NCBI GenBank assembly: GCA_043818055.1
Contig: JBDRGF010000104.1
Location: 1-54,917 of the forward strand
Source of the DNA: Pseudomonadota bacterium
Lineage (GTDB): Bacteria; UBA10199; 2-02-FULL-44-16; JBDRGF01
Length of the DNA stretch: 54,917 bases
Direction: 5' to 3'
In this document: positions 18,286 through 29,060 of the stretch, piece by piece
Position numbering within the stretch: the first letter of the stretch is position 1
Layout of the letters: each line of letters begins with the position of its first letter
Notes under the pieces: model-generated
What the model was told of the DNA's origin: nothing
Databases searched by the model: none
Seen by the model: the letters and a program-made list of their open reading frames with translations, nothing else
Translations under genes and position numbers: made by a program

Positions 18286-19250
18286 TCTACCTCCTCCCTT
18301 GTTGTTACATCCTTTGATGCGCGGGATAATATCATACTGTCGAGTTTCTCCTGAAACTCACGGGCAGAATGATGTCCCTCCTGTTTTAAAAGTTGATTTC
18401 TTGACGCGATTTCAATTATCGCCGCTATATTTCTTCCGGGTCTAACAGGTATTTGGACGAACGGCAGTGCGACATCCAGCATTGTATAGTTTGAATCTTC
18501 GACCCCAAGACGGTCATATTCAATAGAGGGATTCCAGTCAGTGAGTTCTATTACAAGTTCAATTAATTTTCGGTCTCTCACTGCCGAGATACCGAATAGA
18601 TCTCTGATATTGATTATCCCAAGCCCTCTGATCTCCATATGGTAACGGATTATTTCGGATCCCGAACCATATAATGTGGAAGGGGGGTGCCTTTTTACGT
18701 TTACAATATCGTCGGCGACAAGGCGGTGCCCTCTTAGGATGAGTTCAAGTGCACACTCGCTTTTTCCAATCCCGCTGTGACCGACTAAAAGCACGCCGAT
18801 TCCAAAGACATCCAGCAAAACGCCGTGAATAGTGGTTGTTGCTGTAAGATGTTCGTCCAGAAACTGCGCGCAGCGATTGACAAAGGTCGACGTGAGCAGG
18901 TGAGTTTTTAAGAGAGGGACATTGAATTGTTCGCATATCTTTTTTAAAGGTTGGGGCGGATCGTTGTCTCTTGTTATAACAAAGCTGGCGATGTCTATCT
19001 GGCACATCGCGGTGAAGATTTTTTTTCGTTCCTCAAGAGACAAAGAATTTAAAAAGTTGATTTCAGATTTGCCCAACACCTGAATTCTTCCCGGATGCAA
19101 ATTCGAAATGTTTCCAACAAGCGCGAGTCCCGGCTTCTGAATTCTCGGTATGTGGATTCTTTTGGTCAATCCCCGTTTTCCGGCCAAAAGGGTCAAATGC
19201 ATATGAAGCTTTCCGGCTTGTAAAAGGCTTGAAACGGGTATGGATAACAT
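18282..19250 (-). CDS. hprK: HPr kinase/phosphorylase
   Basis: HGVLLDVFGIG, GHSGIGKSE, LVADD, EIRGLGII, PGRN. Confidence 0.97.
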   Translation of the reverse strand: MLSIPVSSLLQAGKLHMHLTLLAGKRGLTKRIHIPRIQKPGLALVGNISNLHPGRIQVLGKSEINFLNSLSLEERKKIFTAMCQIDIASFVITRDNDPPQPLKKICEQFNVPLLKTHLLTSTFVNRCAQFLDEHLTATTTIHGVLLDVFGIGVLLVGHSGIGKSECALELILRGHRLVADDIVNVKRHPPSTLYGSGSEIIRYHMEIRGLGIINIRDLFGISAVRDRKLIELVIELTDWNPSIEYDRLGVEDSNYTMLDVALPFVQIPVRPGRNIAAIIEIASRNQLLKQEGHHSAREFQEKLDSMILSRASKDVTTREEVE

Positions 19251-19252
19251 AT

Positions 19253-19711
19253 TTAGGGGGTCTCCTCATGAACAATCGTTTCGTATATGCTCTTGGGATT
19301 GTTAGCATCGAGAAGTTTCTTTCTGAATTGATCGTTCTTAAGAAGACGGGAGAGTCTTGCTAAAACTTTCAGGTGCATGGCTGAAGAGTTTTCAGGGGCT
19401 AAAAGTACAAAGAAGAGATTGCTCGGTTTCCCATCGTGTGCATCGAAGGCCACGCCATCTTTTTTTCTTCCAAAGGCGACTAGTATGTTTTTCAGCCCTG
19501 ATATTTTGCCGTGCGGAATTGCAATACCATCTTCAATTCCTGTGGATCCCAGCTTCTCACGTTCCAGCAATACGTTTGTGACTGTATTGGTATTCAAATC
19601 GTGTCGGGCGCGGCAGATCAGGTCGGCCAGCTCCCTGATGACATTCTGCTTGTTGGCTGATTTTAGAGCCTCAAATACTAAATCCTGCTGTATGAAATCT
19701 GATAGTAGCAT
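19253..19711 (-). CDS. ptsN: PTS EIIA-Ntr (fructose-type EIIA)
   Basis: EREKLGSTGIEDGIAIPH, HLKVLARLSR; lies downstream of rpoN. Confidence 0.92.
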   Translation of the reverse strand: MLLSDFIQQDLVFEALKSANKQNVIRELADLICRARHDLNTNTVTNVLLEREKLGSTGIEDGIAIPHGKISGLKNILVAFGRKKDGVAFDAHDGKPSNLFFVLLAPENSSAMHLKVLARLSRLLKNDQFRKKLLDANNPKSIYETIVHEETP

Positions 19712-19740
19712 ATAAACCTTTATTAATAGATAAATGGGTT

Positions 19741-19849
19741 CTAGTGCTTCGTCAATTTAACAACCGTTGATTTTATACAATAAATATTAAATTGTTACGA
19801 ACACTTGCGCCGCGCCGTAGCGGCAAAAAATAAATTATCACGGTACTAG
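19741..19849 (-). mobile_element. Third, inverted copy of the 109-bp MITE-like element
   Basis: CTAGTGCTTCGTCAATTTAA...AATATTAAATTGTTACGAACACTTGCGCC...CACGGTACTAG matches the reverse complement of 1796-1904 at both ends and has the same length. Confidence 0.7.
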
Positions 19850-19881
19850 AATAATTTATCCCTAAAAATCAAGTCCTATTA

Positions 19882-20181
19882 TCAGGCGTGAGTTTTGTGG
19901 TCTTTAAGGCGCTCCTTGCTCTTTTTGACCTGTTTTTCAATTTTATTGAGGGCGCCGTTCAGGGATACGTACATATCCGGAGTTCTTTCATGGCCGATAT
20001 ATTGAATACCGTTTGAATTGAGAGTTATTTCGACCAGATGGTCATGGCCATCAACGCTGAAAATCACATGAACATTTCCGGGCTTTATCAGGTATTTTTT
20101 TAATTTCAAAATACGTGTATTTGCCCTCTCTTTTAGGGCTTCCGTAGGTTCAATGTTGCGAAATGTGTAATTTGTTTCCAT
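19882..20181 (-). CDS. hpf: Ribosome hibernation factor, short form
   Basis: YTFRNIEPTEALK...DMYVSLNGALNKIEKQV; AGGAGG SD; follows rpoN. Confidence 0.9.
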   Translation of the reverse strand: METNYTFRNIEPTEALKERANTRILKLKKYLIKPGNVHVIFSVDGHDHLVEITLNSNGIQYIGHERTPDMYVSLNGALNKIEKQVKKSKERLKDHKTHA

Positions 20182-20203
20182 AAAATTGGTTTCCTCCTTG
20201 GAT

Positions 20204-21679
20204 TTATTTGTATCGTTTTCGTTTGGAAGAGGGCGGGATGTTGAGGATTTCACGGTACTTTGCGACTGTCCGGCGTGCTATGTCGATGTTGGCTTCTCTT
20301 AGCAGATCAGTCAATTTTCTGTCTGAAAGTGGTTTTTTTGAGTCTTCGCCTTCAACCAGCTTCTGGATCTTTGCTTTAACCGCCTCTGAAGCGACTCCTT
20401 CTCCTTCGATGCGCTGGATTCCTGTATTGAAGAAAAATTTCAGTTCAAAAATCCCTCTTGGAGTATGCATATACTTATTGCTGGTTACGCGGCTGACTGT
20501 CGATTCATGCATCTCGATATCTTCGGCGACCTCTTTTAAAACAAGTGGTTTTAAGTGTGAAATTCCGTTATCGAAAAAGTCCTTTTGAAATTTGACGATG
20601 CTGGTTCCAACTTTATAGATCGTTCGTTGGCGCTGATAGATGCTTCTGATCAGCCACATTGCAGCCTTGAAACGTTCCTGTATGTATTCCTTCGCCTTGC
20701 CTTCTACATTAGATCCCTTGAGCATAGCGGATCGATATAGCCTGTTTATCTGTAGCTTGGGAAGTCCATCATCATTCAGTGAGACGACATACTCATCGCC
20801 GACCTTATACACGAAAACGTCAGGGATGATATATTGTGGAGATTCTCCTCCATAGGGACGTCCCGGTTTTGGTTCCAGCATGCTGATCAATCGACTCGCC
20901 TCTTCGATATCCTGAAGTTTTACTCCGAGCTCTTTTGCAATTTTGGGATGGTTGTGCGTTTCAAGGTCCCCCAGGTGTTTATTGATGATCTCGTACATGA
21001 GAGGTTTTTTTTCTGGAAGGGCTTCTATTTGAAGGAGCAAGCATTCTTTGAGATCCCTGGCTCCAACACCTATCGGATCGAAGTCCTGAATTTTTTTCAA
21101 AACCTTTTTCAAAGCGCTCAAATTCATGTTGTTGTTAGCTGCCATCTCATCAAGGGATATCGTCAGATAACCGTCATCATTTATATTTCCGATGATCCTC
21201 TCGCCAATATTATGTTCTTCAGCGTTTAAGTTGTTCATCTGAAGTTGCCAGAGTAGATGATCCTGAAGCGATTCGGATTGTGTGACCGTGCTTTCAAATG
21301 TCACAGGTTCTTTTAAAGGGGATAATCGATCGTCGCCAGCGGGGAGTGAGTTGTACGTGTTGATGTAATTTTCCCAATCAAAGTCATGGGGCTCCTTAAA
21401 ATCTTCCCCCTTTGCCTCTACAGCATCAACCTCCTGCATTCCTTCATCATGATCTTTCTCAGGTGCCTCGTCGCGTTTCTCGACTTCAGATTTTTCTTCA
21501 TCATCCGGAGCCTGGGAAGGATCCTCCTCTTCGAGGACAGGATTCTCTAAAATCTCCTTTTGAATCATCTGGTTGAGCTCGAGCCTTGATAGCTGAAGCA
21601 GTTTGATAGCTTGTTGAAGCTGTGGAGTTACTACAAGCTGTTGGGATAACCTCGTCGATTGTTTAATTTCTAGTACCAT
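20204..21679 (-). CDS. rpoN: RNA polymerase sigma-54 factor
   Basis: TPQLQQAIKLLQL, HESTVSR, RpoN box ARRTVAKYR. Confidence 0.98.
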   Translation of the reverse strand: MVLEIKQSTRLSQQLVVTPQLQQAIKLLQLSRLELNQMIQKEILENPVLEEEDPSQAPDDEEKSEVEKRDEAPEKDHDEGMQEVDAVEAKGEDFKEPHDFDWENYINTYNSLPAGDDRLSPLKEPVTFESTVTQSESLQDHLLWQLQMNNLNAEEHNIGERIIGNINDDGYLTISLDEMAANNNMNLSALKKVLKKIQDFDPIGVGARDLKECLLLQIEALPEKKPLMYEIINKHLGDLETHNHPKIAKELGVKLQDIEEASRLISMLEPKPGRPYGGESPQYIIPDVFVYKVGDEYVVSLNDDGLPKLQINRLYRSAMLKGSNVEGKAKEYIQERFKAAMWLIRSIYQRQRTIYKVGTSIVKFQKDFFDNGISHLKPLVLKEVAEDIEMHESTVSRVTSNKYMHTPRGIFELKFFFNTGIQRIEGEGVASEAVKAKIQKLVEGEDSKKPLSDRKLTDLLREANIDIARRTVAKYREILNIPPSSKRKRYK

Positions 21680-21729
21680 AGTTTTATATTATGCTTTGTC
21701 GTTATTATAGTCAACGAAGAAGAGAAAAA

Positions 21730-23477
<1,748 letters not shown>

Positions 23478-23610
23478 AACACTCCTGCAAATAACTCAGC
23501 AGTGACTGCCGACATTTATTAAGCATTGATATTCTCATGTCAAGAAAAGGAAAAAAGATTTCGTGAAATTATTGAATGATGAAGATTTCTCGATAGAGGA
23601 AAAAAACGAA

Positions 23611-24021
23611 TTAACGTTTTGAGTACTGTGGACGGCGCCTGGCCTTGCGGCAACCAACTTTGCGACGTTCCTTCTCTCTTGGGTCGCGTGTCAAAAGACC
23701 TGCCCCCCTGAGAGGCTTTCTCAAATCGGGATTCATGGCGAGCAGAGCTCTCGAGATGCCGTGCCTTAAAGCTTCACATTGTCCGGAAGGTCCGCCACCA
23801 GTGATATTAGCTGTGATATCGAATTTAGCTTCAGTTCCTGTAGCCTCGAATGGCTGATTGATGATAATCTGCAGAACATCTCTGCCGAAGTATTTTGTGG
23901 CTTCCTTGGAGTTTACAGTCACTTTTCCAGATCCGGGAGTGAGTTTAACTCTGGCTATCGCAGTCTTGCGTTTTCCGGTTGCCCAAAACTCTGTAGACTC
24001 TTTGTTCTTTTTTTGTGCCAT
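23611..24021 (-). CDS. rpsI: 30S ribosomal protein S9
   Basis: TGKRKTAIARV, GGGPSGQ, TRDPREKERRK, PQYSKR. Confidence 0.98.
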   Translation of the reverse strand: MAQKKNKESTEFWATGKRKTAIARVKLTPGSGKVTVNSKEATKYFGRDVLQIIINQPFEATGTEAKFDITANITGGGPSGQCEALRHGISRALLAMNPDLRKPLRGAGLLTRDPREKERRKVGCRKARRRPQYSKR

Positions 24022-24039
24022 GATCTGTTTCCTATTAAA

Positions 24040-24489
24040 TTAGTTTGTAGGTATCTGTGCTGCGTGCGGATGCTCATTGCCAGCATAGACTTTTAATTTT
24101 TTCATCAGATGTTTGGAGAGGGTGTTCTTTGGCATCATCCCCCATACTGTATCGTGAATAAGCTTCTCTGGGTTTCTCGCAATACGTTCCCTTGCAGTAC
24201 TCTCTTTCAGTCCTCCAAAGTAGCCTGTGTGACGATAGTATATTTTGTCATCCATCTTTTTTCCCGTGAATTTTATCTTGGCAGCATTGATGACGACTAC
24301 GAATTCACCCTTGTCGAGGTGGGGTATGAATGTGGCTTTGTGTTTTCCCCTGAGCCTTAAGGCTATCTCAGTAGCTGCGCGGCCAAGCACCCGGTTTTCA
24401 AGATCGATCAACACCCATTGTCTGGTGTCGGCCGGTGTTTGCTTTTCGATCTTTTTTGTACTCTTTTTTTCAGTTGTTTTCTTTTCCAT
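24040..24489 (-). CDS. rplM: 50S ribosomal protein L13
   Basis: WVLID, LGRAAT, LRGKHK, YYRHTGYFGGLK. Confidence 0.97.
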   Translation of the reverse strand: MEKKTTEKKSTKKIEKQTPADTRQWVLIDLENRVLGRAATEIALRLRGKHKATFIPHLDKGEFVVVINAAKIKFTGKKMDDKIYYRHTGYFGGLKESTARERIARNPEKLIHDTVWGMMPKNTLSKHLMKKLKVYAGNEHPHAAQIPTN

Positions 24490-24608
24490 TTTATTCTCGC
24501 TATGTTTAATTCGTTGTTTTTATAAGGGATATCTCTCAATAAACCCAAATTAACCCATTTGAAGGCGCCAATCTTTATTAAAATCCCTTGGATTAGTCAA
24601 GCTTTTGT

Positions 24609-25769
24609 TTAAAAAGGAATAGGGGAGAGGTCTCTGAGCCTTTTTACGACCTCTTCAACTTTCGAAATAGTAAAATCGATCTCCTTTTCATCATTATATA
24701 TGGAGAGGCTGAATCGTATTGAGCTGTGCTTTCTCTTGTCGGGGAGCCCCATGGCAGTTAGCACATGGGATGGCTCGAGCGAGTCGGAGCTGCAGGCAGA
24801 CCCGGAAGAGAGGCAGATGCCAGATTCGTTGAGCAGCAGGATTATGGCCTCCCCCTCGATTCCGTCGAAGGAGATGTTCGTAGTGTTCGGAAGTCTCATC
24901 TCACGATCGCCGTTCACATGCGCATGGGCGACATTTTCGATGATTCCTTTTTCCAAACGATCACGAAGCTTTTTTACATGGGATGTCTCCTTGTCCATGT
25001 TCTTCATGACGAATTCGCAGGCTTTACCCAGTCCTACTATCGACGCTACGTTCTCTGTGCCCGCCCGCCTCGATCTCTCGTGGTGTCCGCCAATCAGATA
25101 TGGATGAAACGGCGTGCCGCTTTTTATATAAAGAGCTCCAACGCCCTTAGGGGCGTGCAACTTGTGCCCGGAGATGGAAAGAAAATTTATCGGAATATCT
25201 TTTAAGCTCATCGATATCTTTCCCGCCGCCTGAACCGCGTCCGTGTGAAAGAGTACCCCTCGCTCCGCGCAGATCTTTGCTATCTTATCGATGGGGAATA
25301 TCACGCCGGTTTCGTTGTTCGCCCACATGACGCTCACCAATGCTGTGTCATCCTTTATTGCATCTCTCAGTTCATCGAGATTTAAGTGTCCCGGCTCGTT
25401 GACGGAAAGATATGTGACCCTGTAGCCTGACTTTTCCAAAGCCTTGGCCACGTTCAGCACGGCCGGATGTTCAACTCTCGTTGTGATGATGTGTTTCTTG
25501 TTGGGGTGTGTTTTTAATGCTGAGAAAATCGCCGTGTTGTTGCTCTCTGTGCCGCAGCTCGTGAATACGATCTCCTTTGGATTCTGGCAGTTGAGTAACT
25601 TAGCGACCTGAGATCTCGCGGTTTCGATATAAGCGGCGACCTGACCGCCGAATGTATGAAGGCTTGATGGGTTTCCCCACATCTTTGTCAGAAAGGGGAA
25701 CATCGCCTCTACAACTTCCGGCGCTGGTTTTGTCGTGGCATTATTGTCGAGGTATATTATTTTACTCAT
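24609..25769 (-). CDS. nifS: Cysteine desulfurase
   Basis: YLDNNATT, HTDAVQ, SGHKLHAPKG, SSGSACSS. Confidence 0.95.
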   Translation of the reverse strand: MSKIIYLDNNATTKPAPEVVEAMFPFLTKMWGNPSSLHTFGGQVAAYIETARSQVAKLLNCQNPKEIVFTSCGTESNNTAIFSALKTHPNKKHIITTRVEHPAVLNVAKALEKSGYRVTYLSVNEPGHLNLDELRDAIKDDTALVSVMWANNETGVIFPIDKIAKICAERGVLFHTDAVQAAGKISMSLKDIPINFLSISGHKLHAPKGVGALYIKSGTPFHPYLIGGHHERSRRAGTENVASIVGLGKACEFVMKNMDKETSHVKKLRDRLEKGIIENVAHAHVNGDREMRLPNTTNISFDGIEGEAIILLLNESGICLSSGSACSSDSLEPSHVLTAMGLPDKRKHSSIRFSLSIYNDEKEIDFTISKVEEVVKRLRDLSPIPF

Positions 25770-26346
25770 TTTTTTTCTTGCAGCTGGAACATTTTATACA
25801 ACCGAGAATCTTTTTGATCTCTTCGTGACATTCGCCGCAGGCCCCACCGGCCTTTGTGTAATTTGTGACCTCTTCGACGGTCGTGAGGTTGTTCTCTTTG
25901 GCGACACGCTCAATCTCTTTATCGGTGACGCCGAAGCATTTGCAGACGACTCTCCCTTCGAGATCCTTGTGTGGGGCGCTCACCCCTCTAAAGTTATTGA
26001 TCGCAGCTTCGAGCGCCTCTCTGCCAAGCACGGAGCAGTGCATCTTCTGATTCGGAAGCCCCCCCAAATATTCAGCTATATCCTTGTTTGTGATCTTCAT
26101 AGCCTCGTCGAGGCTCTTCCCCTTGACCATCTCGGTCATGGCGGAGCTCGACGCGATGGCGGATGCGCAGCCGAAGGTCTTGAACTTTATATCTGCGATC
26201 CGATCATCCTTGACCTTGATCGTAACTTTTAGCATATCCCCGCAGGCGAGCGATCCGACCTCGCCCACACCGTCCGGATCTTTGATCTCGCCGACGTTTC
26301 TCGGGTGCAAAAAGTGATCGACAACTTTTTTAGAATAGTCCCACAT
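25762..26346 (-). CDS. nifU: NifU-type Fe-S scaffold (IscU + BFD-like domains, no C-terminal Nfu domain)
   Basis: MWDYSKKV, ACGD, FGCASAIAS, KMHCS, VCKCFGV, GGACGEC. Confidence 0.9.
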   Translation of the reverse strand: MWDYSKKVVDHFLHPRNVGEIKDPDGVGEVGSLACGDMLKVTIKVKDDRIADIKFKTFGCASAIASSSAMTEMVKGKSLDEAMKITNKDIAEYLGGLPNQKMHCSVLGREALEAAINNFRGVSAPHKDLEGRVVCKCFGVTDKEIERVAKENNLTTVEEVTNYTKAGGACGECHEEIKKILGCIKCSSCKKKNE

Positions 26347-26394
26347 GACGCGTTGGGATAAACCCAACTCATTAGAAGGTCAAGGGGTTTTTAG

Positions 26395-26427
26395 AAGAGC
26401 TTGGGAGCTTGAGAACTTAAGAGCTTA
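26395..26427. repeat. Octamer tandem repeat
   Basis: AGAGCTTG GGAGCTTG AGAACTTA AGAGCTTA. Confidence 0.55.
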
Positions 26428-26604
26428 AGTGAGTAACTTTTTTTTGATTTGAACGATAATGACATCGAATCTCGGTTGAATTGAAAAGGATTGGATTGTA
26501 ATAGATAGTATATTTGCTGCATTGAAGCGGGTAGATGACAAAACAACACGTGATCATGCAAACGCTGCGATAATACTATTAAATATCAAATAAGGAGGAA
26601 TATT

Positions 26605-27489
26605 ATGTTGGTCACCAGAAATTATCAAAATAGCCTTTTTCGCTTTAGCGGTATGAATATTTATGATCCTCGATTCTCATTTATGCCCAAAGGGCAACAG
26701 TCAATTTCTGCTAGCGAACTCAATGCGCTTCCTCCTGAAGTTCGATCATACATTTTTGAACATGATGAACTTCCTAAGGATGTCGCAGCTGAGTTTCAGG
26801 AAAAGTTTGGGAAAGAGCTGATAGAAAGATTTCGTTTAAGCGTCTGTTCCTGCCATAGGTCGTATGATGTGGAAAACGTCGCTCGCGATCATTCTCATAA
26901 GGCAAGGCAATCAGATGTAATGAGTGGAGCCGCTAAAATTTCAGGATATGCATTGCTTGGTCTCTCTATGCTGGGTTTATATCAATATTGTCCTTCCAAT
27001 TGTAATTTCAATTTTCCCGATAAACAGCTTATTGACGCTTTGACTATGAGCCTCTATTTCTATGGATCATTGGGAGTAGGTGGTGCTTCGTTATTGTTAG
27101 GGAGGTTTTTTGAGAGAAAAAAAGTGAGGGTGATATCATATCAGCAACCTAAATTTAGCGAGACCTTTTATAAATCAACAAAAAAACCTGTGTCGATCGA
27201 AGAGGCAAGAGAACATACTGATTTTTATAAAAAGCTCGATGAATATTACCCGGCGATTGGGGCCCATATTGACAACCGTGATTGGAGTGCAGTTGCGGAA
27301 AACAGTTTAAGCTTTTTGCATGCATCGAATCTCGAATTTAGACAAGTCATGGGATTTGCCCTTGGAGAAGAGAGTGCGGATCGTGCAGGTCTTAATAATA
27401 TGACAGCTTCTGCAGCCTTGGGTGCGGTGATCTATATTCTATGTGCGATTGATAGAAGCGATTATAAGCTGCCACGTAATTATCGCTGA
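26605..27489 (+). CDS. Hypothetical protein with 2-3 hydrophobic segments
   Basis: 294-aa ORF with a strong AAGGAGG SD; no recognisable family. Confidence 0.65.
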   Translation: MLVTRNYQNSLFRFSGMNIYDPRFSFMPKGQQSISASELNALPPEVRSYIFEHDELPKDVAAEFQEKFGKELIERFRLSVCSCHRSYDVENVARDHSHKARQSDVMSGAAKISGYALLGLSMLGLYQYCPSNCNFNFPDKQLIDALTMSLYFYGSLGVGGASLLLGRFFERKKVRVISYQQPKFSETFYKSTKKPVSIEEAREHTDFYKKLDEYYPAIGAHIDNRDWSAVAENSLSFLHASNLEFRQVMGFALGEESADRAGLNNMTASAALGAVIYILCAIDRSDYKLPRNYR

Positions 27490-27497
27490 AGTTCGAA

Positions 27498-28256
27498 TCA
27501 AATCCCATCTGTTGGATTATCTATAAAAAGGGTCGAAATTCCGAAGTGAGATTCAATGAGAGGTATGAGCGCTTTGACGCCTACAGTCTCGGTCTCATAG
27601 TGGCCTGCGAGTATGACATTCTGATGCAGATCTTTTGCGGCGTGGTAGAGCATGTGAGAAGCTTCTCCCGTGATAAAGCAATCGAGGTTCTTTTGAAAAG
27701 CCTCAGTAAATGCACTACTCCCTCCGCCGCTCACTATGCCGATCATTTTGATTTTGCGCTTTCCAAACGCTAGATTTATGCATTTTGATTTGATCTTACG
27801 ATTTATTTTTTTTGCAAGGGCATCAATTGTGAGAGGGGTTTGAAGCTCGCCCTGATAACCGATGCTTTTTCCGTGATATCTGCCGAATTTTTTTATCTTC
27901 GCAAGGTCGAGTAGCTGTGCGAGCTGAATATTGTTCCCATATTTTTCATGCATATCGAGAGGGAGGTGACAGGCGTAGAGGCTTATTTTATTTTTCTGCA
28001 AAAACATAATCCATCTTTTGATCAACCCTGTTTTGTCACGAAAGCCTTTCCACAAGATGCCATGATGAACGATGATGAGATCGACATTTGCAGCTTTGGC
28101 CTTTTTGAAAGTGGAGAGAGAGGCATCAACCGCAAAACCTATCTTACGAATCCTCTTATTACACCTCACCTGCAGCCCATTTCGAGAGCTGTCTTTGATC
28201 GATCTGACACGAAGCGTTTTATTTAAAAATTTTACGATGGAATTGATATCAGTCAT
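27498..28256 (-). CDS. Nif3/YbgI-family dinuclear metal protein
   Basis: NGLQV, VHHG, HLPLDMH, GHYETE. Confidence 0.93.
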   Translation of the reverse strand: MTDINSIVKFLNKTLRVRSIKDSSRNGLQVRCNKRIRKIGFAVDASLSTFKKAKAANVDLIIVHHGILWKGFRDKTGLIKRWIMFLQKNKISLYACHLPLDMHEKYGNNIQLAQLLDLAKIKKFGRYHGKSIGYQGELQTPLTIDALAKKINRKIKSKCINLAFGKRKIKMIGIVSGGGSSAFTEAFQKNLDCFITGEASHMLYHAAKDLHQNVILAGHYETETVGVKALIPLIESHFGISTLFIDNPTDGI

Positions 28257-28358
28257 AGAAACTCTCCATTTCTAAATAGACATATATCCCTCAATCGCCG
28301 TAATTTCAATTTATAATTTTAGCTGATAAATGAGAAAGGTTAACACATGCTGATTTTT

Positions 28359-28994
28359 TCACACTCTTCTCGCCCCCGGTGGTACTTCTGTTGTGGGTTT
28401 TAATGCCATGAAGATATTGATCATGCTCTGGGTGTATCCGAGCACGGCGGGGACATATTTTTGAGTCTCTTTGAATGGGGGAATGCGATTGCCGTGTTTT
28501 TTTACGTTTCCCTCTCCTGAGTTGTACGCAGCTACTACAAGCTCTATGTCACCGTTGAACTCTTTGAGCAGGAATTTGACGTATTTCGTTCCACCGTTGA
28601 TGTTCTGAGCCGGGTCGAAGATATTTTTAACTCCAAATCTTCTCGCTGTGGCCGGCATCAGCTGCATCAGTCCACTCGCGCCGACTGGAGATACCGCATT
28701 GGGATTCCCCCCCGACTCCTGCAGCATAATTCCGCATATGAGTTCCACAGGTACCTGATGCCTTTTTGCCGCATCTTCGATCAGCGGCGCGTATTTAGCC
28801 AACTTCTTTGCCTGCCTAAGCGTTATCTCCTTTGGAGGTGCTAAATTGGGAGGGGTGGAGGATGATGAGCTTCTCTTCTTGTGAAGGACTTTGTCGAAGG
28901 ATCTGTCTTTTACGATCTCTTTTTTCTGGATCTCGTAGGACTTCGTCGCCCCGATTTGCGCAGTCAAATTTTTGTTCTCTATCTTTCTATGCAT
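28359..28994 (-). CDS. Lytic transglycosylase (SLT domain)
   Basis: QESGGNPNAVS, GLMQLMP, AAYNSG, ETQKYV. Confidence 0.93.
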   Translation of the reverse strand: MHRKIENKNLTAQIGATKSYEIQKKEIVKDRSFDKVLHKKRSSSSSTPPNLAPPKEITLRQAKKLAKYAPLIEDAAKRHQVPVELICGIMLQESGGNPNAVSPVGASGLMQLMPATARRFGVKNIFDPAQNINGGTKYVKFLLKEFNGDIELVVAAYNSGEGNVKKHGNRIPPFKETQKYVPAVLGYTQSMINIFMALKPTTEVPPGARRV

Positions 28995-29018
28995 AGAAAA
29001 GAGCTCTCCCTATATCTA

Positions 29019-29047
29019 TTATCGGCAAAAAGGGTAGCTGAAGTTGC
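29019..29047 (-). promoter_or_regulatory. Sigma28-like promoter
   Basis: GCAAC-N16-GCCGATAA upstream of the SLT gene. Confidence 0.5.
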
Positions 29048-29060
29048 GTATTCATAAAAA

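Noticed and set aside
24609..28256. Nitrogen fixation cluster
   Set aside because: nifU/nifS are general Fe-S assembly genes, Nif3 is unrelated to nitrogenase, and there is no nifHDK
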